This document shows positions 23,581-35,252 of a stretch of 64,000 nt of DNA, one piece after another. The notes below the pieces were generated by a model. The model made no database searches and was not told where the DNA came from. It saw nothing but the letters and a program-made list of their open reading frames with translations. This stretch comes from Macrostomum hystrix (taxonomy: Eukaryota; Animalia; Platyhelminthes): positions 3,410,001 to 3,474,000 of the forward strand of contig CATNEN010000039.1 in the NCBI GenBank assembly GCA_950097015.1, in the 5' to 3' direction. Positions within the stretch are counted from its first letter, which is position 1. The number at the start of each line of letters is the position of its first letter. The position numbers and the translations under genes were made by a program.

Positions 23581-24201
23581 ATGGCTGAAAAGAAGTGCAT
23601 CTGCCAGATCTGCACCTGTTCAGGCAAGCTGCACAGGTGCAAATACGAAGATAGCGAGGAGTCGCTAAGGAAGGCTGCCGAGTCCCACTGCAAGCGATGC
23701 GGCTGCAAGAACAAAAAGACTAAGCCTTACGTACCTATGGGTCCCATGGAGACTACTACCACGTACAACTCAGAGTACCAGCCGAAAATGCAGCATGTGC
23801 CAACCGTTCGCAAGCCCAACAACCAGTACAACCGGCCAGCCGCTCCCATGGATATCTCTACCACCTACAGTGCCGACTTCACTAGCAAGCAGACTGAGGC
23901 GACGCCCTGCTACAAGAAGCAAAGCGTCTATCGGCCAATGGGCGACATGCTTCTGGAGACCACCTACAATGGCGAATTCCGCGAGAAGATTCCAACTGAG
24001 ACTCGCGTCACCCACAAGCCGGCCAGCTACTTGAGGCCGATGGGCCAAATGAACCTAGACACCACGTACAACTCGGATTACACTCAGAAGCCCATAGACC
24101 TGGGCTTTGAGCCCTGCTGCCCGTGCTGCGATCCGCGCACGGAGGGTTACATTGCGGCCGGCGAGGAAAACGGCCATATGATGTTTGTCAAGCGCAACTG
24201 A
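23581..24201 (+). CDS. Short SAXO/FAM154-family protein, paralogue B (206 aa, intronless)
   Basis: MAEKKCICQICTCSGKLHRC. Four Mn-like motifs (PMETTTTYNSEY, PMDISTTYSADF, DMLLETTYNGEF, QMNLDTTYNSDY). Same C-terminal motif as paralogue A. Confidence 0.8.
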   Translation: MAEKKCICQICTCSGKLHRCKYEDSEESLRKAAESHCKRCGCKNKKTKPYVPMGPMETTTTYNSEYQPKMQHVPTVRKPNNQYNRPAAPMDISTTYSADFTSKQTEATPCYKKQSVYRPMGDMLLETTYNGEFREKIPTETRVTHKPASYLRPMGQMNLDTTYNSDYTQKPIDLGFEPCCPCCDPRTEGYIAAGEENGHMMFVKRN

Positions 24202-24944
24202 AGTAAAGTTTCAGTTTTTCTCTTGACTTGTACGTATCCAATCAAATCTACTCTGTGCGCTGCAGCTAAGGAATTAGGACATTAGAAATGTTTTGATGTT
24301 CCGTTTCACTTTGCTTTTAGAGTTTCTTTTTATTCTTTCTTAGAAATTGCTTCGAGATAGCTAATTTAGACTTCCGATCCGGAGTTGACCAGCCCGAACC
24401 CAGATACAAACAAAGCGTTATTGGAGCCGTTTCATTTTATATAAACTGGAAATAGTACACTGGATTGAACTTGGACGGCAAGGCAGCTTGAAAGGGCTTG
24501 CAATCACCTGGCTCCCCTACAAAATTATTATTTGCTTAAAATTCTTCACAAATTTGTACTTGTTATATAGAGATATTTGTAGTAACTAGCGCAAAGTCTT
24601 TGCAATATACTCTCCTAGCGGGTCAACTATTCAATTTGCGTAACTCAACCAGAAGTACAAAATATGAAGTGTCTTCAAAATGACAGTCCATATCTCAGGC
24701 TTATCTTATTAAACGTCTCCAAATTATAAGTCATTTTATGTTGCGTGCTTGCAAAAATGCTTTCAAAGATCACTGCTCAAATTCGTGAATATGTCACCGC
24801 AGCACCGCACAACGATATTTTAGAGAGACAACACGAGAGCAACCTCCCCTCAAAGGCATATGAGAACACACCCGATGAAATACTGCGTTTCCACTCGGAG
24901 CCTCACAAGCTGGAAGCTTTAACACAATGTAATACAATATTTGC

Positions 24945-25200
24945 GGGGCCGGGGCTGTAGACCCGCAGCTGACCCCCCTGAGCACACACGAGCCCACACA
25001 TAAGCTAGTACACTGGCACTCACACACGTGCACATTTGCTCTGACTTCTAATTGTGTTAGACAGTGTTACAATTTCACTGTGGCCCTCATGGGGGTGAAT
25101 TGCACGACAAGCGTCCCAGCCTTCTCTTGCGTCCCGAATTGATATGGGCTCGCCGCGGGTTCGAGCTCAGGAGGTTTAGCGCACAAGTTGGATGCATTAG
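24945..25200 (-). mobile_element. Degenerate SINE copy
   Basis: ttgcacgacaagcgtcccagccttctcttgcg...ctcgccgcgggttcgagctcagg resembles the reverse complement of the 3131-3395 SINE. Confidence 0.55.
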
Positions 25201-25228
25201 CTCGAAACTTCTCAAGCTCGAAAATCAA

Positions 25229-25845
25229 AAGCTAGAGACTCTACAAGCTAGAGACTCTACAAGCTAGAGACTGCAAGCTAGAGACTTTACAAGCTAGAGA
25301 CTACAAGCTAGAGACTCTACAAGCTAGAGACTCTACAAGCTAGAGACTGCAAGCTAGAGACTCTACAAGCTAGAGACTCTACAAGCTAGAGACTCTACAA
25401 GCTAGAGACTCTACAAGCTAGAGACTGCAAGCTAGAGACTCTACAAGCTAGAGACTCTACAAGCTAGAGACTCTACAAGCTAGAGACTGCAAGCTAGAGA
25501 CTCTACAAGCTAGAGACTCTACAAGCTAGAGACTGCAAGCTAGAGACTCTACAAGCTAGAGACTGCAAGCTAGAGACTCTACAAGCTAGAGACTCTACAA
25601 GCTAGAGACTGCAAGCTAGAGACTCTACAAGCTAGAGACTCTACAAGCTAGAGACTGCAAGCTAGAGACTCTACAAGCTAGAGACTGCAAGCTAGAGACT
25701 CTACAAGCTAGAGACTCTACAAGCTAGAGACTGCAAGCTAGAGACTCTACAAGCTAGAGACTGCAAGCTAGAGACTCTACAAGCTAGAGACTTTACAAGC
25801 TAGAGACTACAAGCTAGAGACTCTACAAGCTGCAGACTTTACAAG
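25229..25845. repeat. 16/14-bp tandem array (aagctagagactctac / aagctagagactgc)
   Basis: Regular mixture of two unit lengths. Confidence 0.96.
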
Positions 25846-26652
25846 CAGGAGAATTCACTAGCAGGAGACTTCACTAGCAGATTTCACTAGCTGGAGACTT
25901 CACTAGCTGGAGACTTCACTAGCAGGAGACTTCACTAGCAGAAGACTTCACTAGCAGAAGACTTCACTAGCAGGAGATTTCACTAGCAGGAGACTTCACT
26001 AACAGGAGACTTCACTAGCAGGAGATTTCACTAGCAGGAGATTTCACTAACAGGAGACTTCACTAGCTGGAGACTTCACTAGCTAGAGACTTCACTAGCA
26101 GGAGACTTCACTAGCTGGAGACTTCACTAACAGGAGACTTCACTAGCTGGAGACTTCACTAGCACGAGACTTCACTAGCAGGAGACTTCACTAGCTGGAG
26201 ACTTCACTAGCTGGAGACTTCACTAGCAGGAGACTTCACTAGCAGGAGACTTCACTAGCAGGAGACTTCACTAGCAGGAGACTTCACTAGCAGGAGACTT
26301 CACTAGCTGGAGACTTCACTAGCAGAAGACTTCACTAGCAGGAGACTTCACTAGCAGGAGACTTCACTAGCAGGAGACTTCACTAGCTGAAGACTTCACT
26401 AGCAGGAGACTTCACTAGCAGGAGACTTCACTAGCAGGAGACTTCACTAGCAGGAGACTTCACTAGCTGGAGACTTCACTAGCTGGAGACTTCACTAGCA
26501 GGAGACTTCACTAGCAGGAGACTTCACTAGCAGGAGACTTCACTAGCTGGAGACTTCACTAGCAGGAGACTTCACTAGCAGGAGACTTCACTAGCTGGAG
26601 ACTTCACTAGCTGGAGACTTCACTAGCAGGAGACTTCACTAGCAGGGACTTC
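25846..26652. repeat. 16-bp tandem array (ttcactagcaggagac)
   Basis: About 50 copies, directly abutting the previous array. Confidence 0.96.
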
Positions 26653-27552
26653 AGAAGCCCCACTCGAAACTTTACGTGGTCGCAATTTTTTATAAACAAA
26701 AATAATTTAATTATTCTTGTTTATTAGTGAATTGATTAGGCGTGAAAGTACTGCACAGTTAAATTGTAACTTAATGCGCTGGATAAATGTGCCTATTCAC
26801 TGGTATAGATAAAAAGTCGAAGGCACGCACTAAAGAACTTTATCTATTTCAAAGAAAGAATTTCGCGTAGATTATATAATAAATTATGCGTGCAAAATAC
26901 ATATAAATCGATAATGCAAACGATACCTTTATTCCCTTTAAGAAAGCGCAGGCAGCGAGCATGTTACATCTACGAAGTCGAGTTACCTGCAGTAAATAAC
27001 TGTACAAGTGCTTTCACTTATTAGCAATATGAGGCTAGTGTATTTCTACATGCATGAACAGACTATTTAAAAGCATCATCAAAGGTTATCCGTACTAGAA
27101 AAAAGCGCAACTCCAGGCCCAGCCAGATATTGATTGTTATAAGCAGAAAAAATGTGCCAAAGCTTGCTTTAGAAAATTTCAGATCTAGGGCGTATGTAGG
27201 CGTACAATCTATAAGTCTACAGTCCCTGCTGACTCTACTTCGTACATTTCATAGTGAAGTCTGTTCCCTGTGATTTTCCTTCCCTCCTGAACCCTCAACC
27301 TTCTGCCAATACAGCCCAAGCCAACGGCACCCGCCACCCAAGCCCAAATTCACATGTACATCTAGTTCAAGTGTACATTTTGTCAGCCCCGCCACCCCAC
27401 CACTCCTCGGGAGGACAACCCTCACTCCCTCCAGTCGTCTATTTATCCACGGACCAGACAGCCTATTTTTAACTCAATTTGCCTTTCAGATTAGGTTTGT
27501 TATTATTCTTTAAGAAACTCACTTTTTAACTCTTATCTATAGCAAAAAGGTC

Positions 27553-29829
27553 ATGAATATCTTTAACAAGCAACTTCTAGACTCCCACAACAAATATCGC
27601 GAGCTGCATCAGGCGCCGCCGCTGGAGTTTGACCCGGCCCTGGCTGAAGCTGCCCAGAAGTGGGCCGACCGGCTAGCCGCAAATGACAATGTCGAAAGCG
27701 ACCTGGCCTGCCGAAAGGAAATGGGCGAGAATGTGGCTATGAAGTTCAGCTCGGTAAAGAAGGATTTTCCAGGTAAATAGGGGAATTTGATATTGTCATC
27801 AGTATGGTTCTTTACATGAAATTATTCTTTAAGTGTCCCAGATAACAACTTTGGCGAAATGTTGCACGCAATAGTTATAAGTAAAAACTTGATTTTAAAC
27901 AAATGCCAGGTACTGAATTCACGGACTACTGGTATTCCACTGTGGCCCAGTACGACTTTAGCGGCAATACACCTGTGCAGCCAGGTACGTGGGGGGTCTC
28001 CGCCCCACTGTTCTTCACCGACCCGCTTCTACAAACTATTTAGCCAATTCAGAATTCACTCGATAATCCATCCACCACTCCACCAACATCCACCCTCCAC
28101 CACCATCCACTATGCGACATTGCGACAATCACCGATTCACCTGATCCGCCTCTCACTTAAGTCGCCCCTCGCCTAATCCGCCCCTCACATGATCCGTCCC
28201 TATCTCACACCTAGCTTATCCCAGATATCATTCACTCCCAGTCCCTGATCCCATTCACCCCTAATCCCAGATCCCATTCACCCCTAATCCCAGATTCCAT
28301 TCACCCTAATCCCAGATTCCATTCACCCTAATCCTAGATCCCATTCACCCCTAATCCCAGATCACATTCACCCCTAATCCCAGATCCCATTCACCCCTAA
28401 TCCCAGATCCCATTCACCCCTAATCCCAGATTCCATTTACTTCACCTCTTCCTCATCCGTCCTTCCTCCAATCAGCCCTCAACTATCCCTCAACGGCTTG
28501 CCAAATCAGCCCGACCTGTAGCCAGCCGGTTCCAATGTTTCACTGCAGGTTCGCCGGTGTTGTCATTCTCCCAGCTGGTGTGGAAGAGTTCCACCAAGGT
28601 GGGTGGCGGCAAGGCCCTGTCGAAAACTGGCAAGGTGTACGCCGTGGCCCGCTACAGTCCTGGTGGCAACTGCGTCGGTCAGTTTGCGCAGAATGTGCTG
28701 CCTACTAGGGACGGCAAGCTGCCGGAATTCGTCACCAAACAGGCTGGCGGAGATAGCGGTGAGTTTTCAGCTACAGTACTTTTACTACTCTACTAGTAGT
28801 AGGAATATCAGAGTTTGGTTGCTAGAGGATGAGAGGATGAGAAGAGGAGGTTGCTAGAGCATGAGGAGTGGAGGTTGCTTGAGGATGAGAAGATGAGGTT
28901 GTGAGAAGATATGGTTGCTAGAGGATGAGAAGATGAGGTTGCTAGAAGATGAGGTTGCTTGAGGATGAGAAGATGAGGTTGCTAGATAGAGGATGAGAAG
29001 AGGAGGTTGCTAGAGGATGATAAGATGAGGTTGCTAGAGAATGAGAAGAGGAGGTTGCTAGAGGATGAGAAGAGGAGGTTGCTAGAGGATGAGAAGAGGG
29101 TTGCTTGAGGATGAGAAGAGGTTGCTAGAGGATGAGAAGAGGTTGCTAGAGGATGAGAAGAGGTTGCTAGAGGATGAGAAGAGGTTGCTAGAGGATGAGA
29201 AGAGGTTGCTAGAGGATGAGAAGAGGGTTGCTAGAGGATGAGAAGAGGGTTGCTTGAGGATGAGAAGAGGGTTGCTTGAGGATGAGAAGAGGTTGCTAGA
29301 GGATGAGAAGAGGTTGCTAGAGGATGAGAAGAGGTTGCTAGAGGATGAGAAGAGGTTGCTAGAGGATGAGAAGAGGGTTGCTTGAGGATGAGAAGAGGTT
29401 GCTTGAGGATGAGAAGAGGGTTGCTTGAGGATGAGAAGAGGTTGCTAGAGGATGAGAAGAGGTTGCTAGAGGATGAGAAGAGGTTGCTAGAGGATGAGAA
29501 GAGGTTGCTAGAGGATGAGAAGAGGTTGCTAGAGGATGAGAAGAGGTTGCTAGAGGATGAGAAGAGGTTGCTAGAAGAGCGCGCAAGTTTGTTATCTCTG
29601 ACAAAAGAGCAGCTCTGCAATTCCAGATGCCACAGTGGAGAAGATCGAGAATCCGCAGCCAATGATTGGTGGCAAGCACCCGGAGGATGTGCTGATCGAG
29701 GCCACCAAGATCACTCGGATTGAAGGCTTCAAGAAGGTGGTGACACTAGTCGAGCGCTACCGCGGCGCTGACGGCGCCACCTACACCCGGGAGAAGAAGC
29801 GGGAGTACACTGGAGCCCTGAGGAAGTAG
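27553..29829 (+). CDS. CAP/SCP/TAPS domain protein (GAPR-1/GLIPR2-like, no signal peptide) with C-terminal extension
   Basis: Exons 27553-27772, 27910-27984, 28549-28758, 29627-29829, all phase 1 and GT-AG. Motifs LDSHNKYRELHQAPPL, AQKWAD, GENVA, WY, FSQLVWKSS, VARYSPGGN. Confidence 0.88.
28235..28435. repeat. 23-bp tandem array (cccagatcccattcacccctaat) in CAP gene intron
   Basis: About 8 copies. Confidence 0.9.
28817..29577. repeat. ~21-bp purine-rich tandem array (gaggatgagaagaggttgcta) in CAP gene intron
   Basis: Degenerate at the 5' side and regular at the 3' side. Confidence 0.95.
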
Positions 29830-31005
29830 GCCGACAGCGCTTTTACCACAATGAGTCTGAACGAGTCTTTATTAATTGTACATTTTTCGCAATTTTTAAC
29901 GCAATTTTTAATCGTCTATCGTATTTTTATAGAAAGGATCAATTTTGAGTCCGTGAAATAAGTGAGCCAGCGGATAATGGGCTTACACAATCAAACCGCT
30001 TGCACCAACCTTGCTCTGTTCGTCTGTAAAAGCTTCAACTCCCACGAAAGAGCTTATTTTCTGATTCGAAAGCATAATCTGTTGTGTGCTCCATTCAATA
30101 AGTAGTTTTCTCGATCCAATATTTAGTTTTTTTCTGTTTGTGTGGGTCCGGCTTTTTCGCTTGGTTTTCTATTTATTCTCTATAAATATTTTTACACTAA
30201 TTTGCAATCCATAATTATAATTTATAATACAATAATTTAAAATGCTTCAACCAGCTGCCTGATCAGATTAAGTTATTGGGGAGTCAAAGGTGCTGTGGTA
30301 ATTGCAGTCCCTAGCTGAATGATATCGCACCGCGCCATCGTCTCGTTAGACGCACTGGTGCTCCGTCAAGGACTAGAGAGGCCGCGGCTGGAGCATAAAA
30401 GAAATATTTTAGATTAAATTTTTTCGCCATCAAAAGGCCAGAAAGTCTGGCACAGCTGCTCCTAGCACCGAGTAAGGGTAATCGGAAGCGCGTGATACTG
30501 CACTTTTACCCTTGACTGGGCGGGTTCAGCTTGAGCAGATCCGACCTATAACAACCGGCGGATTCCCTACTCGCGTTTGCAAATTATCAGCGCGCGTAAT
30601 CTTATTTCATGCTTATTTCGGCGTCTAGCACCGCGCCGCTGCGTTTCTATACAATCGGGCTTGTTAGCCACGTGGGATGCGTCCAGCTTCCGGATCCCAA
30701 TTAGGGAGAAGCATGCAGGACAATGCGGCACATCTCCAACACATGTACCACATTCTCCATCCATAATAACTAGAAATTCTGACACCCGTGGACTGCGCCT
30801 CAATGAACAGTGCAATCATTTATTGCAGTTCAAACTTGCCCGTTATTCTGCCTGCCGGTGAAACTCAGAATAGGAGCTTTAAAGCGCTTACCGACCAATG
30901 AGACTCAAATTGTCACGCGATGCCAGGCACCCGAATATTATTTTCTTCCAGACGGGACAAAACTAGCAGATGAGATGGAAAATTAAGTATAGGGAAAGGA
31001 AGGTG

Positions 31006-31222
31006 AGATACTTGCATGCTTTTGTTGCGTTTCAACGTAGATATAATAGAAAGTTGAAACTGAATGATACTTGCATGCTTTTGTTGCGTTTCAACGTAGA
31101 TATAATAGAAAGTTGAAACTGAATGATACTTGCATGCTTTTGTTGCGTTTCAACGTAGATATAATAGAAAGTTGAAACTGAATGATACTTGCATGCTTTT
31201 GTTGCGTTTCAACGTAGATACG
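31006..31222. repeat. ~59-bp tandem repeat x3.5
   Basis: gatacttgcatgctttttgttgcgtttcaacgtagatataatagaaagttgaaactgaat repeated. Confidence 0.92.
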
Positions 31223-31329
31223 AGTATAATAGAAAGTTGAAAATTGAAAGTTGAAAACTTGAAAAAAACAAAAAAGAACATTCCTTGGCTTTATAAAAGA
31301 GACAGACACAATTAATTTATCAGTTGAAC

Positions 31330-31858
31330 TACCAAGGGGGCAATCCCCCTCCCTGACAATTTTTGCTACACCTGAACAAGCACACGAGAAAACGGGCCAA
31401 ATCTTTGTTAAATCTTCTTAAACGACAATCAAGTCGCCAGGTCTTCAGACCGTCGAGATATTCAATAGTTCTGGCGAGGTCAGAGTTTTCTCATAAGTGC
31501 TAGTGTATTTCATACACCACTATACATGAATTAGCACTGCGCCTCAGTGCCGCCTTGCCAGGCCTTCAAAATCTATCAGCATGTCACCCAAATGTACCTG
31601 CATCATCTCCGTCTTCGGTGGTCACCTACCTTTATCTAGACGGACTACTGGATCTTCGAGGGCTACAACAGGTGAAACTAGGCCACTATGGACACCCTGA
31701 CGCGAATTTCTCAAAATTTACAGATCAAGATCAAATATTTGGCGCAGCTCGACCACAGAACACCATCGCCTAGTCTGGCAACCAATCAGTCACCACCCAA
31801 TGCTGTTAGGATTTAGGCAATGCCAAAAAAATTCTGGGGGGAGAAACCCCCCTTGGTA
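31330..31858. mobile_element. Putative MITE with TA-flanked terminal inverted repeats
   Basis: taccaagggggcaatccccctccctgacaatttttt at the left end; aaaaaaattctggggggagaaacccccttggta at the right end (11-bp perfect IR, extended imperfectly). Confidence 0.6.
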
Positions 31859-32492
31859 AAATACGAGCGGCAAAATGGCTTGTTATAGTTTCTATTGGTT
31901 TAACTAAGAACTGGCCATCTGCAGGGGCAAAATCTATAAATTCTACGCCGCATCCGTGCAGCCTGTCCGAATTGGCGTGTTTAAGTTTGCAAGTCGTCTC
32001 TTGGTCAGCCAGTTTGAGTTCGGACAGTTAAAAAGTGGAAAATCTCTTTTGGCTATGAATTGGCGTTGAATCAAATTGACCGCTAGAAATGAGGGCGCTT
32101 TCTAACTGCAGACGTCATTAACGAATGATCAGCGGACTAATTAATAATGAACATGACTGGCTAGCAGTCGGCACTTTCAGTGGCTGGCTGGCCTGATTCC
32201 CTTGCCGAGTCACGCGACCAGATGGGCCAGCGGCCGATTGGGATTTCGGGATTACGGATCGAGCCACGAAGGCTGTTGCCCGGCCTTCACAGGGCCGAGT
32301 GCTGTTCGTCCAATGGGAGCCAGCTTAGGACTCGCGGATAGAATATGATAGGGCGAAGAGCGGAGGCAGAGATACGGATCGAGAGAACTCTTTAAAAAGC
32401 GGCCAGTGCTCACAGTTGGAAGGGAATTAAAGGACAGCCGAAAGTTGTTCTGCAACCGTAATCCTATCTTGTAACCGTGACCTTAGTAGGAC

Positions 32493-33641
32493 ATGCAGCT
32501 ACCGATAGGAGACAGCAGTGGCAGCAGCAGCAGCAACAACAGCAACAAAGATGCCAGCAGCGACAGCGCAGCCTACAATGTTGTGCAGTTGGTCATCGGA
32601 GCCGGCCTCATGCCGCTTGCCTGCCTGCTGGGTATTGTGGGCAACAGCCTCTGTGTGCTGGTGTTCCTCAAGCCGAAGATGCGCACCTCGACCAACATCT
32701 ACTTGCTCGTGCTGGCTTTTGGCGACATCATCAAACTGATCAACGATCTCATGTACACAGCCAGCGTGCTGTGCAAGTATTTCACAGTGGGCGGCGACAA
32801 CCTTATCTACGTGAATTACTACCAGTTCGGCTACTTCCTGTCACAGTACTCTTCCTCTGTAGCCGCCTGGATGACTGTCGCTGTGGCTTTCGAGCGCTTC
32901 TTAATGATCGTCTACCCGACGGCTTGTCGTGGGGCGCTAACGGTTGCCAAGGCGACCACAGCGTGCATGGTGATCTCGCTGGTTGTGCTGCTGCTGACCG
33001 TGCCCATCGGCCTGCGCTACCGCAAGGTACCAGCAGTCGACGGCGGCTACACGTTGAACGTCACGGAGCTGTGGAAGAATCACTTCTCCGGCGCATATTC
33101 AATTTTTCAGTCCAGCTTCCGCTGCATAGCCCCGCTGGCCATGCTCATTGTGCTGAACGCCTGCATCATCGTCAGCGTAAGGCGGACTCGAGCCAACCGG
33201 CGCCTGGCAGCCAGAAACCGCATCACCCTGATGCTCATCATCGTTATCTGCATCTTCATCGCCTTCGCACTGCCCGATGCCGCCATGACTTTATTTGGCC
33301 TCGGCTATCACGAGGTCAGCACAGACGCCCAGCGGATCGCGCGCGAGGTGACGGACCTCCTGCTGACCCTGAACTCGGCGCACAACTTCTTTCTGTACAT
33401 GTTCTTCAACACCATCTTCCTGGAGGTGTGCCTGGACTCGTTCTGCGGCTGTCTAAACAGCGAGAGAAAGGCCCGCCTGCTGCACAGCCAGTCCCAGCGG
33501 GACAAGCGCATGGAGGAGGTCGGCGCCGCAGGCGGTGGCAAAGTCAGCAATAACAACAGCAACTGCAGCGGCAACAACAACGCCAACAGAGATGAGGAAA
33601 TGCTGGAACTGAAACCCATGGTCTGCGCCGAGGAGCGATAA
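32493..33641 (+). CDS. Rhodopsin-class GPCR, FMRFamide/peptide receptor-like (382 aa, intronless)
   Basis: Seven hydrophobic segments. GIVGN, MRTSTNIYLLVLAFGD, AWMTVAVAFERF (DRY variant), FALP, LNSAHNFFLY (NPxxY variant typical of invertebrate peptide receptors). Confidence 0.92.
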   Translation: MQLPIGDSSGSSSSNNSNKDASSDSAAYNVVQLVIGAGLMPLACLLGIVGNSLCVLVFLKPKMRTSTNIYLLVLAFGDIIKLINDLMYTASVLCKYFTVGGDNLIYVNYYQFGYFLSQYSSSVAAWMTVAVAFERFLMIVYPTACRGALTVAKATTACMVISLVVLLLTVPIGLRYRKVPAVDGGYTLNVTELWKNHFSGAYSIFQSSFRCIAPLAMLIVLNACIIVSVRRTRANRRLAARNRITLMLIIVICIFIAFALPDAAMTLFGLGYHEVSTDAQRIAREVTDLLLTLNSAHNFFLYMFFNTIFLEVCLDSFCGCLNSERKARLLHSQSQRDKRMEEVGAAGGGKVSNNNSNCSGNNNANRDEEMLELKPMVCAEER

Positions 33642-34763
33642 AACAATCAAGTGTTTCCCTAAAGACATTGCAACATTCCCATTTCCCTAGTTCATAAGTA
33701 TCGAAATAATTTTTCCTGGCAATGCGACTGTATCTAATTACTGATTATTTGCTGCACATTTAGAATCTGATAATTCTAGCTTGAATCAACACTCAAGCGG
33801 GCTTCGCGAGTTCAATTACTCTCTGGACGATGGAATCTAGATCAAGGTTCACAGCCAAGGAAATTAATAGTGATTGTGATGGCAGGAAAACTCTATTCCT
33901 CTCGCATGCGAGACGCGAAAGCTGTACACATTAAGGCATCTCAAATATTTATCTGCATAGGATTAGCCCAGCCCATGGATGGCTGTGAGTGGGCGGCAGG
34001 ACTCAGCTGCACAGAGGCTCAAACTCGGCTTTCAGAGTCGAGCCGAACGTTGAGACCGAGGGAGGGGGGAGAATATTTTTATTAGGGAAAAGAAGAACAA
34101 AATGTGGGAAAACGCAAACAATATCCTGTTTCTGCTGTGAACACGAGACGGCTGCGGTGCAAGCGGGTAAAACAAAGACAAGCCCAAAAAAACAGACCGC
34201 AGGCGAAACAGACCACCTGAATTGGCATATTTGCTAAGATCAGTTTCAACCAGGACGCGAGAAACGGATTGTTCTATAATATCGTTATCGAAGTTCTTGA
34301 GCGCTAACAAAACAATAACAATAAAAGTACAAAGTAGAAAAAGCTAACCAGAATTCGCAGAGCAGACATTCAACAGAGATGTACTTTTAACTAGAGCATA
34401 TTGTATGTAAAAATAATGGACTAACAACACAGAAGGCGGAACTACAAGGAGAAGTAGAAAGCTAATAATGAATAAAGCACAAGGCTTGTGACACGCCGAG
34501 GTTGGCTGAACAAGCTTATTTGCTAAGCCTGGACAGGCACGTGTGGCACTGGAGTTGTAGGATCAAAATTGTTTTACCTGGGGAATCCACTATAGCCATC
34601 TCGTATGCAACACAATATTAAAAATTAACATAGAAAACTAAGATTTCCTGATGATCGACACAAATAAGAGCTGAAAAATAACCACTTTGGATCGCATCAT
34701 CATATTTATATAGGCCTAAAACATGCACGGTTTGATATGGCATGTAAACTGGGAGCATGTGGA

Positions 34764-35062
34764 GATCTGGGAGTGGGTAGAACTCACCCAACTCAAGGAT
34801 CTGGGAGTGGGTAGAACTCACCCAACTCAAGGATCTGGGAGTGGGTAGAACTCACCCAACTCAAGGATCTGGGAGTGGGTAGAACTCACCCAACTCAAGG
34901 ATCTGGGAGTGGGTAGAACTCACCCAACTCAAGGATCTGGGAGTGGGTAGAACTCATCCAACTTAAGGATCTGGGAGTGGGTAGAACTCACCCAACTTAA
35001 GGATCTGGGAGTGGGTAGAACTCACCCAGCTCAAGGATCTGGGAGTGGGTAGAACTCACCCA
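34764..35062. repeat. 34-bp tandem array (gatctgggagtgggtagaactcacccaactcaag) x~9
   Basis: Head-to-tail copies with no spacers; internal hairpin gagtgggt/acccaactc. Confidence 0.95.
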
Positions 35063-35252
35063 ATTACTGAAGGTGTGCATTTTGGAGGTGTCCTTTTTGT
35101 TAATTAGAAAATATCCAGCTAGAAGCAAAATAGATTTGATTTGCAGCACCCTAAAGAGAGGCCTCGCCGACAAGTGCTTAACAACTCCGAACAAGGAGAG
35201 CGAAGATGGCGGGGATGATAGTGAAAAACAAGCTAGCAAGAATTGAAAGCAG

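Noticed and set aside
28235-28435. Interstitial telomeric repeat (ccctaa)
   Set aside because: A single CCCTAA per 23-bp unit, not a tandem telomeric tract.
32477-33553. 358-aa overlapping ORF on the GPCR
   Set aside because: Shadow frame of a GC3-rich gene; starts at GTG and has low-complexity composition.
34764-35062. CRISPR-like array (34-bp palindromic repeat); similar impression for the 26-51-bp arrays elsewhere
   Set aside because: Units are head-to-tail with no unique spacers, there are no cas genes, and the context is eukaryotic intron or intergenic DNA.
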